Assembly (NCBI GenBank): GCA_036265695.1
Contig: DATAOO010000377.1
Location: 11,716 to 75,715, forward strand
Direction: 5' to 3'
DNA: 64,000 nucleotides
Source of the DNA: Pseudonocardia sp.
Lineage (GTDB): Bacteria; Actinomycetota; Actinomycetes; Mycobacteriales; Pseudonocardiaceae
Part shown: one piece after another, positions 12,699-21,824 of the stretch
Layout: each line of letters opens with the position of its first letter
Numbering within the stretch: position 1 is the first letter of the stretch
The notes under the pieces: generated by a model
Told to the model about the DNA's origin: nothing
What the model saw: only the letters and a program-made list of their open reading frames with translations
Database searches by the model: none
Position numbers and translations under genes: made by a program

Positions 12699-13448
12699 TC
12701 AGTGGATGTGTGACCCTCCGTTGACGTCGTACGTCACGCCGGTGATGTAGCCGGACTCCGGGCGGCAGAGGTAGGTGATGAGGTCGGCGACGTCGGCCAC
12801 CGTGCCGATGCGCCCGACCGGCGTGCCCGCGAGGAGCTGGTCCTTGCGGTCGCCCTCGAGCGCGCCGCCGGTGATGTCGGTGCCGATGAGCCCCGGCGCG
12901 ACCGAGTTGACGGTGACGCCGTGCGGGCCTAGCTCGCGGGCCAGCGCGCGGGCGAACCCGAGCTGCGCGGCCTTGGCGGCGGAGTACGCGACCCCGCCGA
13001 AGACGCCGCCGCCGCGCTCGGCCGAGACCGACGACAGGAACACGATCCGGCCGAAGCCGCGCGCGGCGAGGCCGGGCGCCACCCGACGGGTGATGTTGTA
13101 GGCGCCGCGGACGTTGACGGCGAAGATCCGGTCCCACTCCGCGTCGGTGACGTCGAGGAAACGGGTGGGGGAGGTGATCCCCGCGTTGTTGACGAGCGCG
13201 CCGACCGGCGGAACGGACTGGTCGAGGGCGGCGAGCGCGGCCTCGACCGAGGCTTCGTCGGTGACGTCGCACGCGACGCCGACGGCCTGCACGCCGTGCT
13301 GCTCGGCGATCTCGTCCGCGACGTCCTTGGCCCCGGCCTCGTCGAGGTCGAGCACGGCGACGTTCCAGCCTGCGGCGGCGAGGGCGTGGGCGGTGGCGCG
13401 GCCGATGCCGCGCTTCGAGCCCGCGCCGGTGACGATGGCGGTCTGCAT
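12699..13448 (-). CDS. SDR family oxidoreductase
   Basis: TGAGSKRGIG, NNAG, YSAAK. Confidence 0.9.
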   Translation of the reverse strand: MQTAIVTGAGSKRGIGRATAHALAAAGWNVAVLDLDEAGAKDVADEIAEQHGVQAVGVACDVTDEASVEAALAALDQSVPPVGALVNNAGITSPTRFLDVTDAEWDRIFAVNVRGAYNITRRVAPGLAARGFGRIVFLSSVSAERGGGVFGGVAYSAAKAAQLGFARALARELGPHGVTVNSVAPGLIGTDITGGALEGDRKDQLLAGTPVGRIGTVADVADLITYLCRPESGYITGVTYDVNGGSHIH

Positions 13449-13457
13449 GGGTTGCTC

Positions 13458-14450
13458 CTAGAGCTCGGACTTGATGCGGGCGATGACGGCGTCGGTCGAC
13501 AGGCCGTAGCGGTCGTGCAGGGTGGGCAGGGCGCCCGCGGCGAGGAACTCGTCGGGCAGGGCGATCGGCACGACGCGGGTGCCGGCACCGGCGAAGGCGA
13601 GCGTGCTGGCGACGGACTCGGCGAGCCCGCCGACCACGGTGTGGTTCTCGCAGGTCACGACGAGCCTGCCGGGTGCGGCGGCGCGCAGGATCGCCTCGCG
13701 GTCCAGCGGCTTGATCGTCGGCACGTGCAGCACGGCCACATCGACGTGGTCGGCCTCCATCCTCGCGGCGGCCTGCAGCGCCCGCATGGTCATCAGCCCC
13801 GTGGAGATGATCACGACGTCGCGGCCGGTGCGCAGTTCGGCGGCTTTGCCGAGCTCGAACCGGTAGTCGAACTCGTCGAGCACCGCGGGCACGTTGCCGC
13901 GGAGCAGCCGCAGGTAGGTCGGGCCCGCGTGCGCCGCGAGCTGCGGGACGGCCTGCTCGATGTCGACCGCGTCGCAGGGGTCGACGATGGTCAGGCCGGG
14001 GCAGGCGCGCAGGATCGCGAGGTCCTCCGTGGCCTGGTGGCTGGGCCCGTAACCGGTGGTCAGGCCGGGCAGGGCGCCGACGACGTTGACGTTCAGGCCG
14101 GGCTCGGCGATGTCCAGGCACAGGAAGTCGTAGGCCCGACGGGTGGCGAACACCGAGTAGGTGGACGCGAAGGGCACCAGGCCGACCTCGGCGAGGCCCG
14201 CCGCGGCGCCGAGCATGGCCTGCTCGGCCATGCCCATCTGGAAGAACCGCTGCGGGTGGGCGTCGCGGAAGACGTGCATGTCGGTGTACTTGGCCAGGTC
14301 GGCGGAGAGCCCGACGATCTCCGGGCGCTCCTCTGCCAGGCGGGCCAGCGCGTGGCCGAACGGGGCGCTGGTGGTGCGCTGGCCGGGGTCGGCGAACGAC
14401 GCGATCATCGCCGAGGTCTTGAGGCGTGCGGTGGTCGGTGTGGTGCTCAT
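13458..14450 (-). CDS. transketolase, C-terminal (pyrimidine-binding) subunit
   Basis: MGMAEQAM, GPSHQATED, TIKPLD, ENHTVVGGL. Confidence 0.9.
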   Translation of the reverse strand: MSTTPTTARLKTSAMIASFADPGQRTTSAPFGHALARLAEERPEIVGLSADLAKYTDMHVFRDAHPQRFFQMGMAEQAMLGAAAGLAEVGLVPFASTYSVFATRRAYDFLCLDIAEPGLNVNVVGALPGLTTGYGPSHQATEDLAILRACPGLTIVDPCDAVDIEQAVPQLAAHAGPTYLRLLRGNVPAVLDEFDYRFELGKAAELRTGRDVVIISTGLMTMRALQAAARMEADHVDVAVLHVPTIKPLDREAILRAAAPGRLVVTCENHTVVGGLAESVASTLAFAGAGTRVVPIALPDEFLAAGALPTLHDRYGLSTDAVIARIKSEL

Positions 14451-15271
14451 CGGGCTTCCTCCAGCTGGTTGCGGGCGATGGCCCACTCGTCTTCGGCGAC
14501 GCGCATGAAGTGCGCCTTCTCCCGGGTCTCCAGCAGCGGCACGCCCTTGCCGATGCGGGTGTCGCAGATCAGCACCCCGGGTGAGCCGCGGTGCTCGCGC
14601 AGCTCGTCGAACGCGGCGACCAGCGCGGCCACGTCGTTGCCGTCGACGCGCAGGGCGTGCCAGCCGAACGCGCGCCACTTGTCGGTGACGGGCTCGGTGC
14701 GCAGCACTCCGGCGGTGGGCCCGTCGGCCTGCAGCGCGTTGACGTCGACGATCGCGGTCAGGTTGTCCAGCCCGTGGTGAGCGGCCTGCAGCGCGGCTTC
14801 CCAGGTGGAGCCCTCGTCGAGCTCGCCGTCGGAGAGCAGGTTGTAGACGCGGGCCGGGTTGCCCTGGTGGCGAAGGCCCAGCGCCATCCCGGTGGCGACG
14901 GCCAGGCCGTGGCCCAGCGAGCCGCCGGAGATCTCCATGCCCGGCGTGTAGGAGGCCATGCCCGACATGGGCAGCCGGGAGCCGTCCGAGCCGTAGGTCG
15001 ACAGCTCGTCGACCGGGATCGTCCCGGCCTCGGCCAGCGCGGCGTACAGCGCGATGGCGTAGTGGCCGATCGAGAGCAGGAACCGGTCGCGGTCGGGCCA
15101 GTGCGGGTCTTCGGGCTTGTGGCGGAGCTGGTCGGTGTAGGCGACGGCGAGCACGTCGGCGACGCCGAGCGCCTGACCGATGTAGCCCTGGCCCTGCACC
15201 TCGCCCATGTGCAGCGCGTTCAGTCGGATGCGGTGGGCGGCCGCGCGGATCTGGTCGATGCGGGTGCTCAT
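14447..15271 (-). CDS. transketolase, N-terminal (ThDP-binding) subunit
   Basis: DRFLLSIGH, SGGSLGHGL, SDGELDEG...N ThDP motif; ATGA coupling on both sides. Confidence 0.9.
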   Translation of the reverse strand: MSTRIDQIRAAAHRIRLNALHMGEVQGQGYIGQALGVADVLAVAYTDQLRHKPEDPHWPDRDRFLLSIGHYAIALYAALAEAGTIPVDELSTYGSDGSRLPMSGMASYTPGMEISGGSLGHGLAVATGMALGLRHQGNPARVYNLLSDGELDEGSTWEAALQAAHHGLDNLTAIVDVNALQADGPTAGVLRTEPVTDKWRAFGWHALRVDGNDVAALVAAFDELREHRGSPGVLICDTRIGKGVPLLETREKAHFMRVAEDEWAIARNQLEEAR

Positions 15272-16653
15272 GCGTTTTCCTTCTGGTCGGTCGACGGCAG
15301 GGCGAGGGTGGCTTCGAGGGCGGCGACCTCGGCGCGCTCCGCCTTGCCCCACGTCTCGCGGGTCATGAGGGCGGCGATCAGGCCCAGGAGGCCGTAGCCG
15401 GAGAACAGCAGGGCCGGGCCGATCCAGCCGGTGGCCGCGAACAGCGCGGTGGCGACGAGCGGGGTGAAGCCGGAGACGACGGCGGAGAGCTGGTAGGCCA
15501 GCGAGGCGCCGGTGGTGCGGGTCTTCGCGGCGAAGAGCTCCGAGAACCATGCGCCCTGCACTCCCGCGAGGGAGTTCTGGCAGATCGTGTAGCTCACGAT
15601 GAACGCGATGATGATCGCGATCGCGGTGCCGGTGTTGACCACGAGGAACAGCGGCACACCCCAGACGACGGTGATCGCGGTACCGAGCAGGTAGACCGGG
15701 CGGCGGCCGATGCGGTCGGTCAGCGCGCCCCAGTAGGTGGTGGCGAGGATGCCGAGGGCCGCCGCGATCATCAGCGCGGTCAGCGTGGTGGAGCGGTCGG
15801 CGAGCTTCTGGCTGGAGAGGTAGGACAGGATGAAGGTGACCGACACGGCGTAGCCCGCGGTCTCGGCGATGCGCAGGCAGAACGCGCGCAGGATGTTGCG
15901 CCAGTCGTCGCGCAGCACCTCGACCAGTGGGTTCTTCGAGAGGTCGCCCTCTTCCTTCAGCTCCTCGAACTCCGGCGACTCCTCGATCTTGAGCCGGATG
16001 AGGATGCCGACGACGATCAGCACCGCCGAGAGCAGGAACGGCACCCGCCACGCCCACTGGTCGCCCAGCGGCACGCTCACCAGGAACGCGAGGTTGGCCA
16101 GCAGGAGCCCGACGGGGAAGCCCGCCTGCGTGATGCCGGTGTAGAGGCCCTTCTTCTTCCAGGGCGCGTGCTCGAAGCACATCAGGATCGCGCCGCCCCA
16201 CTCGGCGCCGAACGCGAGGCCCTGTACGACGCGGACCGCCACGAGCAGGATCCCGGCCCAGACGCCGACCTGCTGGTAGGTGGGCAGGCAGCCGATCAGC
16301 ACGGTCGCGATGCCCATGAGCAGCAGCGAGCCGACGAGGACGGGCTTGCGGCCGATCCGGTCGCCGAGGTAGCCGCCGATGATGCCGCCCAGCGGCCGCA
16401 CGGCGAAGCCGATGCCCAGCGTGGCGAACGACAGCAGCGTGCCCGAGAGCGGGTCGGTGGCCGGGAAGAAGACGTGGTTGAAATACAGCGCGGCGGCGGT
16501 ACCGAAGCCGATGAAGTCGTAGGTCTCGATGGTGGCGCCGATCGAGCAGCCGATGGCGACCTTCTTCTTCTCCGGCGTGCCCTCGATGGGGTGCCAGTTG
16601 GCGACCTCGGCGAGGTGCGGGTCCCGCGGCGGCGGCGGTGGCTGTGCGGTCAT
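15268..16653 (-). CDS. MFS transporter (MHS family)
   Basis: TIETYDF, GDRIGRK, GAEWGGA, EESPEF. Confidence 0.92.
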   Translation of the reverse strand: MTAQPPPPPRDPHLAEVANWHPIEGTPEKKKVAIGCSIGATIETYDFIGFGTAAALYFNHVFFPATDPLSGTLLSFATLGIGFAVRPLGGIIGGYLGDRIGRKPVLVGSLLLMGIATVLIGCLPTYQQVGVWAGILLVAVRVVQGLAFGAEWGGAILMCFEHAPWKKKGLYTGITQAGFPVGLLLANLAFLVSVPLGDQWAWRVPFLLSAVLIVVGILIRLKIEESPEFEELKEEGDLSKNPLVEVLRDDWRNILRAFCLRIAETAGYAVSVTFILSYLSSQKLADRSTTLTALMIAAALGILATTYWGALTDRIGRRPVYLLGTAITVVWGVPLFLVVNTGTAIAIIIAFIVSYTICQNSLAGVQGAWFSELFAAKTRTTGASLAYQLSAVVSGFTPLVATALFAATGWIGPALLFSGYGLLGLIAALMTRETWGKAERAEVAALEATLALPSTDQKENA

Positions 16654-16683
16654 GGTGATCTCCGATGATCTGCTGTCTGCCTT

Positions 16684-16749
16684 CAGTTGACTGTTAACAG
16701 TCGAACTGTTGGCGAGAATGGTGCGGAGGAGACCAGGGTTGTGTCAACA
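16684..16749. promoter_or_regulatory. putative GntR operator sites upstream of the MFS-transketolase operon
   Basis: perfect palindrome GACTGTTAACAGTC (16689-16702) and TGTCAACA (16742-16749). Confidence 0.65.
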
Positions 16750-16787
16750 GTGGGCGGCGCGTGCCACCCGGATGGCGCAGGGGAGCG

Positions 16788-17447
16788 TCAGGCGTCGGGG
16801 GCGTACTGGCGCGCCGCGGCGGCCATGTGCTCCTCGACGACGGTGACCGCCGCCGCGGCGTCGCCGCCCGCGATGGCCTCGACGATCGGCGCATGCCGAT
16901 CGCGCGCCATCATCGTGGGCGCCTCGCGGACCGCCTCGCCGTTCATGATCGTGACCCGGATCCGGCCCTCGAGGTGGCGCCAGGACGCCACCAGCATGGA
17001 GTTGCCCGACAGCTGGCACAGCAGGAGGTGGAAGCCCAGGTCGGCCTCCAGGTTCTCGGCGAAGTCGCCCGGTGTGTCGGGGAGCTTGGCCAGCGCCGTG
17101 CGCAGGGTGGCGACCGCGGTGTCGTGCTGCGGCGAGGCGATGATCTCCGTGACGGCCAGGCCCTCCAGCGCCGCGCGCACGCGGAACAGCTCCCGTACCT
17201 CTCGGGGCGACACCGTGTTCACTCGCAGCATGCCGCGGTTGCCCGCGGTGACCAGGCCCTCCTGCTGCAGGTGCCGCAGGGCCTCGCGGACCGTGCCGCG
17301 GCTGACCCCCAGGTGCGACGCCAGCTCCACCTCGCCGAGGTGGTCACCGGGCCGGTAGCGGCCCGACGTGATCGCCGCGCGGAGCGACTGCAAGGCCCGC
17401 TCCCGCAGCGTGCTGCGATCGAGGCTGGGCAACGGCTCTGCGCTCAC
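16788..17447 (-). CDS. GntR (FCD) family transcriptional regulator
   Basis: LASHLGVSRGTVREAL HTH; FCD-type FHLLLCQLSGN and RHAPIVEAI. Confidence 0.92.
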   Translation of the reverse strand: MSAEPLPSLDRSTLRERALQSLRAAITSGRYRPGDHLGEVELASHLGVSRGTVREALRHLQQEGLVTAGNRGMLRVNTVSPREVRELFRVRAALEGLAVTEIIASPQHDTAVATLRTALAKLPDTPGDFAENLEADLGFHLLLCQLSGNSMLVASWRHLEGRIRVTIMNGEAVREAPTMMARDRHAPIVEAIAGGDAAAAVTVVEEHMAAAARQYAPDA

Positions 17448-17469
17448 GAGGCCGAGGATATACCCTTGA

Positions 17470-17498
17470 TGTCAACAGTCGCCGACTGGCTGTCGACA
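17470..17498. promoter_or_regulatory. putative autoregulatory GntR operator sites
   Basis: TGTCAACA (17470-17477) and TGTCGACA (17491-17498), same motif as upstream of the operon. Confidence 0.6.
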
Positions 17499-17535
17499 CC
17501 TGAATGCTCTTGTCCCGGGTAGCTACGATCACAGC

Positions 17536-19293
17536 GTGACGGTTGGTGGGCGGCGACGGTCCACGGCACTCCTGCTCACCGTCGCGGCGGTGCTGCTCGC
17601 GGCCTGCGGCACGAGCGCTCCGAGCGGTGGGTCGACGCCCGCTCCGCCGCACACCGACCTGCCTGCGCCGCGCGCCGACGCCATCACGTTCTACCTGTCG
17701 CTGCCGGGGCCGCCCGGCAACTCGCTGACGGGCGCGCTCGCGGATGCGGCGTTCGCGGCGTCCACCCCGGGCAACCCGCAGTACCGGCACTTCTCGAACC
17801 TCGCCGACGTCGCCGCCCGCTTCGGCGCGTCCGACGCGCAGATCGACGCCGCGGACAAGGTGATCCGGGATGCGGGGCTGGAGTTCGCCGCCGACCCGAC
17901 CCGGCTCTTCGCCCGCGTCTCCGGCACCGCCGAGCGGTGGGCGGCCGCGCTGGAGCAGCCGCTGCAGACGCAGGCCGCCACCACGGATTCGCCGTTCACC
18001 GCCTACGGGCTGCCGCAGACGCTGCCGCCCACCCTCACCCCGGCGGGCTCGGCGTTCCTGCTGCCCGTCACGTTGGTGCACGATCCCAAGGTGGAAGGCC
18101 CCCGCAGGCCGCGCGCGACCGGTCAGGAGTTCGCCCTGCCCGGGCAGAGCGCGCGCCCGCCGTGGCCGGTGAACGGAGGCACCCCGCTGCAGGCGTCGTG
18201 CTCCACCCCGATCTTGACCAACCGGCAGGTCTACACGCCCCAGCAGGTGCACACCGCCTACGGCATCCCCGCGGGGTCGACGGCGAGCCCGACCATCACG
18301 ATCCTCGACCTCGGCGGCGGTTGGCTCGCCGACGACCTCAAGCTCGCGGGCGAATGCTTCGGGTACACCCCGCCGAAGGTCGAACAGGCCCAGGGTGACG
18401 GGGTCGCGGCGGCGATCGGCAACGCCGACGGCGAGACCTCGCTGGACCTGCAGACGGTCGCCGCGGTCGCCCCGGCCGCGAAGCTCCGGCTGGTGCAGAC
18501 CACCGCGGGCGGCGGCGCGCTGCTGGACGCCTACAGCCGAGCGATTGGCGACAAGGCGGGCCCGCCCGACGTGACGACCTTGTCCTACGGCGGCTGCGCC
18601 ATCGCGGAGGCGCAGGCCAGCCCGCAGTTCCTGGAGACGATCAACAACGTGCTCGCGATGAGCGCGCTCGTCGGCACGTCGTCGTTCGTGGCGGCGGGCG
18701 ACTCGGGCTCGACGACGTGCGAACGCGGCTCGGGTGTTGCGGGGCCGTCGCAGTCGTTCCCCGCGGTGTCCGCGTTCGTGACGGCCGTCGGCGGCACCCG
18801 GCTCGCGCTCGGCGGGGGCAACGCGCGCACCGGCGAGACCGTCTGGAACGACACCCCGTACGGGCAGGAGGCCGCGGGAGGCGGTGGCGTGAGCAAGCTC
18901 GTGCCCCGTCCGCCGTACCAGGCGTCGTCGGCGACGATGCGCTCGATCCCCGACGTCAGCGCGCTGGCCGACATCACGCCGGGGTGGCCGGTCGTCACCG
19001 ACGGGTCGCTGCAGACCGTCGGCGGCACGAGCGGGTCGTCGCCCCTCACCGCCGCGGCGTCGGCGCTCGTCGCGGGCACGGAACGGGCGGCGGGCCGCCC
19101 GCCGCTGGGGCTGGTCAACGGCTGGTTCTACGCCGCGGCCGCGCAGCCGGGGGCGTTCTTCGACGTCGTGCAGGGCGAGAACGACCTCGACAAGGTCGGC
19201 TGCTGCACCGCGGGCCCCGGCTACGACACCGCCAGCGGCATCGGCGTCCCCAACTGGGCCACGCTGCCCGGCACCCTCCCCGCCCCTGCCTGA
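17536..19293 (+). CDS. S53 (sedolisin/kumamolisin) family peptidase, lipoprotein
   Basis: lipobox LAAC; prodomain; catalytic ETSLD, AAGDSG, GGTSGSSP; C-terminal GYDTASGIG. Confidence 0.88.
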   Translation: MTVGGRRRSTALLLTVAAVLLAACGTSAPSGGSTPAPPHTDLPAPRADAITFYLSLPGPPGNSLTGALADAAFAASTPGNPQYRHFSNLADVAARFGASDAQIDAADKVIRDAGLEFAADPTRLFARVSGTAERWAAALEQPLQTQAATTDSPFTAYGLPQTLPPTLTPAGSAFLLPVTLVHDPKVEGPRRPRATGQEFALPGQSARPPWPVNGGTPLQASCSTPILTNRQVYTPQQVHTAYGIPAGSTASPTITILDLGGGWLADDLKLAGECFGYTPPKVEQAQGDGVAAAIGNADGETSLDLQTVAAVAPAAKLRLVQTTAGGGALLDAYSRAIGDKAGPPDVTTLSYGGCAIAEAQASPQFLETINNVLAMSALVGTSSFVAAGDSGSTTCERGSGVAGPSQSFPAVSAFVTAVGGTRLALGGGNARTGETVWNDTPYGQEAAGGGGVSKLVPRPPYQASSATMRSIPDVSALADITPGWPVVTDGSLQTVGGTSGSSPLTAAASALVAGTERAAGRPPLGLVNGWFYAAAAQPGAFFDVVQGENDLDKVGCCTAGPGYDTASGIGVPNWATLPGTLPAPA

Positions 19294-19299
19294 TCGCGT

Positions 19300-19345
19300 C
19301 GAGCCGCACACCACGCAGGCCGCGACCGGCATGGTGTGCGGCTCG
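19300..19345. terminator. bidirectional terminator hairpin between convergent genes
   Basis: 14-bp perfect stem CGAGCCGCACACCA / TGGTGTGCGGCTCG. Confidence 0.65.
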
Positions 19346-19351
19346 TGCGGA

Positions 19352-20368
19352 TCACCGGTCGTCGAGCAACGGTTGTCGCGGGTTCCACTTCGGGCCGCCC
19401 GCGGCGTCGCGGCGGCGTCGCGCGATGCCGGACAGCGCTTCGAGCACTACCCGGTTGGCCAGCGCCGAGGTGATCTCGGCGTGGTCGTAGGGCGGGGCCA
19501 CCTCCACCACGTCGACACCCGCCACCGGCAGCTCGTAGGCGATGCGGCGCACCGCGTCCAGCAGTTGGCGGGCGGTGAGGCCGCCGGGCTCCGGGGTGCC
19601 GGTGCCGGGGGCGTGGCCGGGGTCGCAGACGTCGATGTCGACGGAGAGGAACACGCCGTCGCACGCGTCGGTGGCGATGCCGAACGCCTCCGTGAGGCAC
19701 TCGTCGAGGCCGCGGGCGACGATCTCGGTCATCTCGTAGGACCGCATCCCCTGCTCGGCCATCCAGGCCAGGGTCTCCGGGCCCGGCCAGTAGCCGCGCA
19801 AGCCCATCTGCAGGAACCGGTCGCCCCGCACCGCGCCGGACTCGATCAGCCGCCGCATCGGCTGCCCGTGCCCGACCAACGAGCCGAACTCGACGTCGCC
19901 GGTGTCGGCGTGCGCGTCGAAGTGGATCATCGAGACGCGGCCCTGCCCGACGTGCTGGGCCACGCCCGCCGCGTCCGGCCACGCGATCGTGTGGTCACCC
20001 CCGATGATCAGCGGGAGGGCGCCCGTCACCGCCACCGCCGCCACCGCGGCCTGCAGGTCGCGCACCGAGCGCTCGGCGTCGCCGGAGTACATCTCGACGT
20101 CACCCGCGTCGTAGACGGTCAGGTCACCGGAGAGCCCGTCGACGCGCAGCGCCAGCGACGGGCGCGACCCGTCGTGGGGCAGGTAGCAGGTCTGGCGCAC
20201 GTACTGCGGCCCGAACCGCGCGCCGGACCGGTAGGAGGTGCCGCCGTCGAACGGGGCGCCGAGGATCACCACGTCGGCGTCGGCGTACGTCGCGGGCTCG
20301 TCCCAGGTGCAGCGGGGCACGCCGAGGAAGGTGATGTCGGGGCCGAACTGGGGGCCGTAGCGCGCCAC
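19352..20368 (-). CDS. speB: agmatinase/ureohydrolase family enzyme
   Basis: GGDHT, DAHAD, SVDIDVCDP, GTGTPEPGG; exact substrate uncertain. Confidence 0.85.
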   Translation of the reverse strand: MARYGPQFGPDITFLGVPRCTWDEPATYADADVVILGAPFDGGTSYRSGARFGPQYVRQTCYLPHDGSRPSLALRVDGLSGDLTVYDAGDVEMYSGDAERSVRDLQAAVAAVAVTGALPLIIGGDHTIAWPDAAGVAQHVGQGRVSMIHFDAHADTGDVEFGSLVGHGQPMRRLIESGAVRGDRFLQMGLRGYWPGPETLAWMAEQGMRSYEMTEIVARGLDECLTEAFGIATDACDGVFLSVDIDVCDPGHAPGTGTPEPGGLTARQLLDAVRRIAYELPVAGVDVVEVAPPYDHAEITSALANRVVLEALSGIARRRRDAAGGPKWNPRQPLLDDR

Positions 20369-20369
20369 G

Positions 20370-21815
20370 TCACTCGCCCACGTAGGACATGACGTGCTTG
20401 ACCCGCGTGTACTCCTCCAGCGAGTACGCCGACAGGTCCTTGCCGTAGCCCGACTGCTTGAACCCGCCGTGCGGCATCTCGGCCACCAGCGGGATGTGGC
20501 AGTTGATCCACACGCAGCCCGCGTCGATCGCCGCGGACATACGCAGCGCCGTGCCGTGGTCGCGGGTCCAGACGCTGCTGGCGAGCCCGTAGTCGGTGTC
20601 GTTGGCCAGGCGCACCGCGTCGGCCTCGTCGGTGAACGACTGCACGGTGATGACCGGGCCGAAGATCTCGGTGCGGATGAGCTCGTCGTCGGCGCGCAGG
20701 CCGTTGACCAGGGTGGGGGTGTAGAAGTAGCCGCCCCCGCCCACCTGGTCGCCGCCCGCGACCACCTGGGCGTGCGACGGCGTGCGCTCGACGAGGCCCG
20801 CGACGTGCGCGAGCTGGGTCGGGTTGTTCACCGGCGGGATGTAGAGCGCCTCGCCGTCGGGCACCTCGTCGCGCGAGAGCTCGACGCTCGCGGCCTGCTC
20901 GGCGAGCGCGGCGACGAGGTCGTCGCGGACGCGCTCGTGGGCGATCACGCGGGTGGCGGCCGTGCAGTCCTGGCCCGCGTTGAAGTAGCCCGCCACCGCG
21001 ATGCCCTCGGCCGCGGCGGCGATGTCGGCGTCCTCGAACACCACGACGGGCGCTTTGCCGCCCAGTTCGAGGTGGGTGCGTTTGACGGTCGCGGCCGCCG
21101 CCTGCGCCACCGCTTTGCCCGCGCGGGTGCTGCCGGTGATCGAGACCATCGCGGGCGTGGGGTGGGCGGTGAGCGCGGCGCCGGTGGCCCGGTCGCCGCA
21201 GACCACGTTGAACACGCCGGGCGGCAGCAGGTCGGCGAACAGCTCCGCCATCAGCACCGCGCTGGCCGGCGTGGTGTCCGACGGCTTGAGCACGATCGTG
21301 TTGCCCGCCGCGAGTGCCGGGGCGAACTTCCAGACCGCCATCATCATCGGGTAGTTCCACGGCGCCACCGACCCGACCACACCGACCGGCTCCCGGCGGA
21401 TCGAGGACTGGAACCCGCGCATGTACTCGGCGCTGGCCTTGCCCTCCAGCACGCGCGCGGCGCCCGCGAAGAACCGGATCTGGTCGACCATCGGCGGGAT
21501 CTCTTCGCTGGTGGTCAGCCCGATCGGCTTGCCGGTGTTCTGGGCTTCGGCCGCGACGAGCCGCTCGCCGTTCTGCTCGATCGCGTCGGCCATCGCCAGC
21601 AGCGCGGCCTGCCGCTCGCCCGGGGTGGTGCGCCCCCACTCCCCGAACGCCCGCGCGGCCGCGGCGAACGCGGCGTCCACGTCCGGGGCGGTCGAGAGCG
21701 GTGCGGCAGCGTAGACCGCGCCGGTGGCCGGGTTCACGACGTCGGTGTAGCCGCCCTCGGCCGGCGGGACGAACGCGCCGTCGACGAAGTTCGCGAGTGT
21801 CTGCTTGTCGGCCAT
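20370..21815 (-). CDS. gamma-aminobutyraldehyde dehydrogenase
   Basis: PWNYPMMMAVWK, LELGGKAP, NAGQDCTAATR, EMPHGGFKQSGYGKDLS. Confidence 0.88.
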   Translation of the reverse strand: MADKQTLANFVDGAFVPPAEGGYTDVVNPATGAVYAAAPLSTAPDVDAAFAAAARAFGEWGRTTPGERQAALLAMADAIEQNGERLVAAEAQNTGKPIGLTTSEEIPPMVDQIRFFAGAARVLEGKASAEYMRGFQSSIRREPVGVVGSVAPWNYPMMMAVWKFAPALAAGNTIVLKPSDTTPASAVLMAELFADLLPPGVFNVVCGDRATGAALTAHPTPAMVSITGSTRAGKAVAQAAAATVKRTHLELGGKAPVVVFEDADIAAAAEGIAVAGYFNAGQDCTAATRVIAHERVRDDLVAALAEQAASVELSRDEVPDGEALYIPPVNNPTQLAHVAGLVERTPSHAQVVAGGDQVGGGGYFYTPTLVNGLRADDELIRTEIFGPVITVQSFTDEADAVRLANDTDYGLASSVWTRDHGTALRMSAAIDAGCVWINCHIPLVAEMPHGGFKQSGYGKDLSAYSLEEYTRVKHVMSYVGE

Positions 21816-21824
21816 CGAGGCTCC

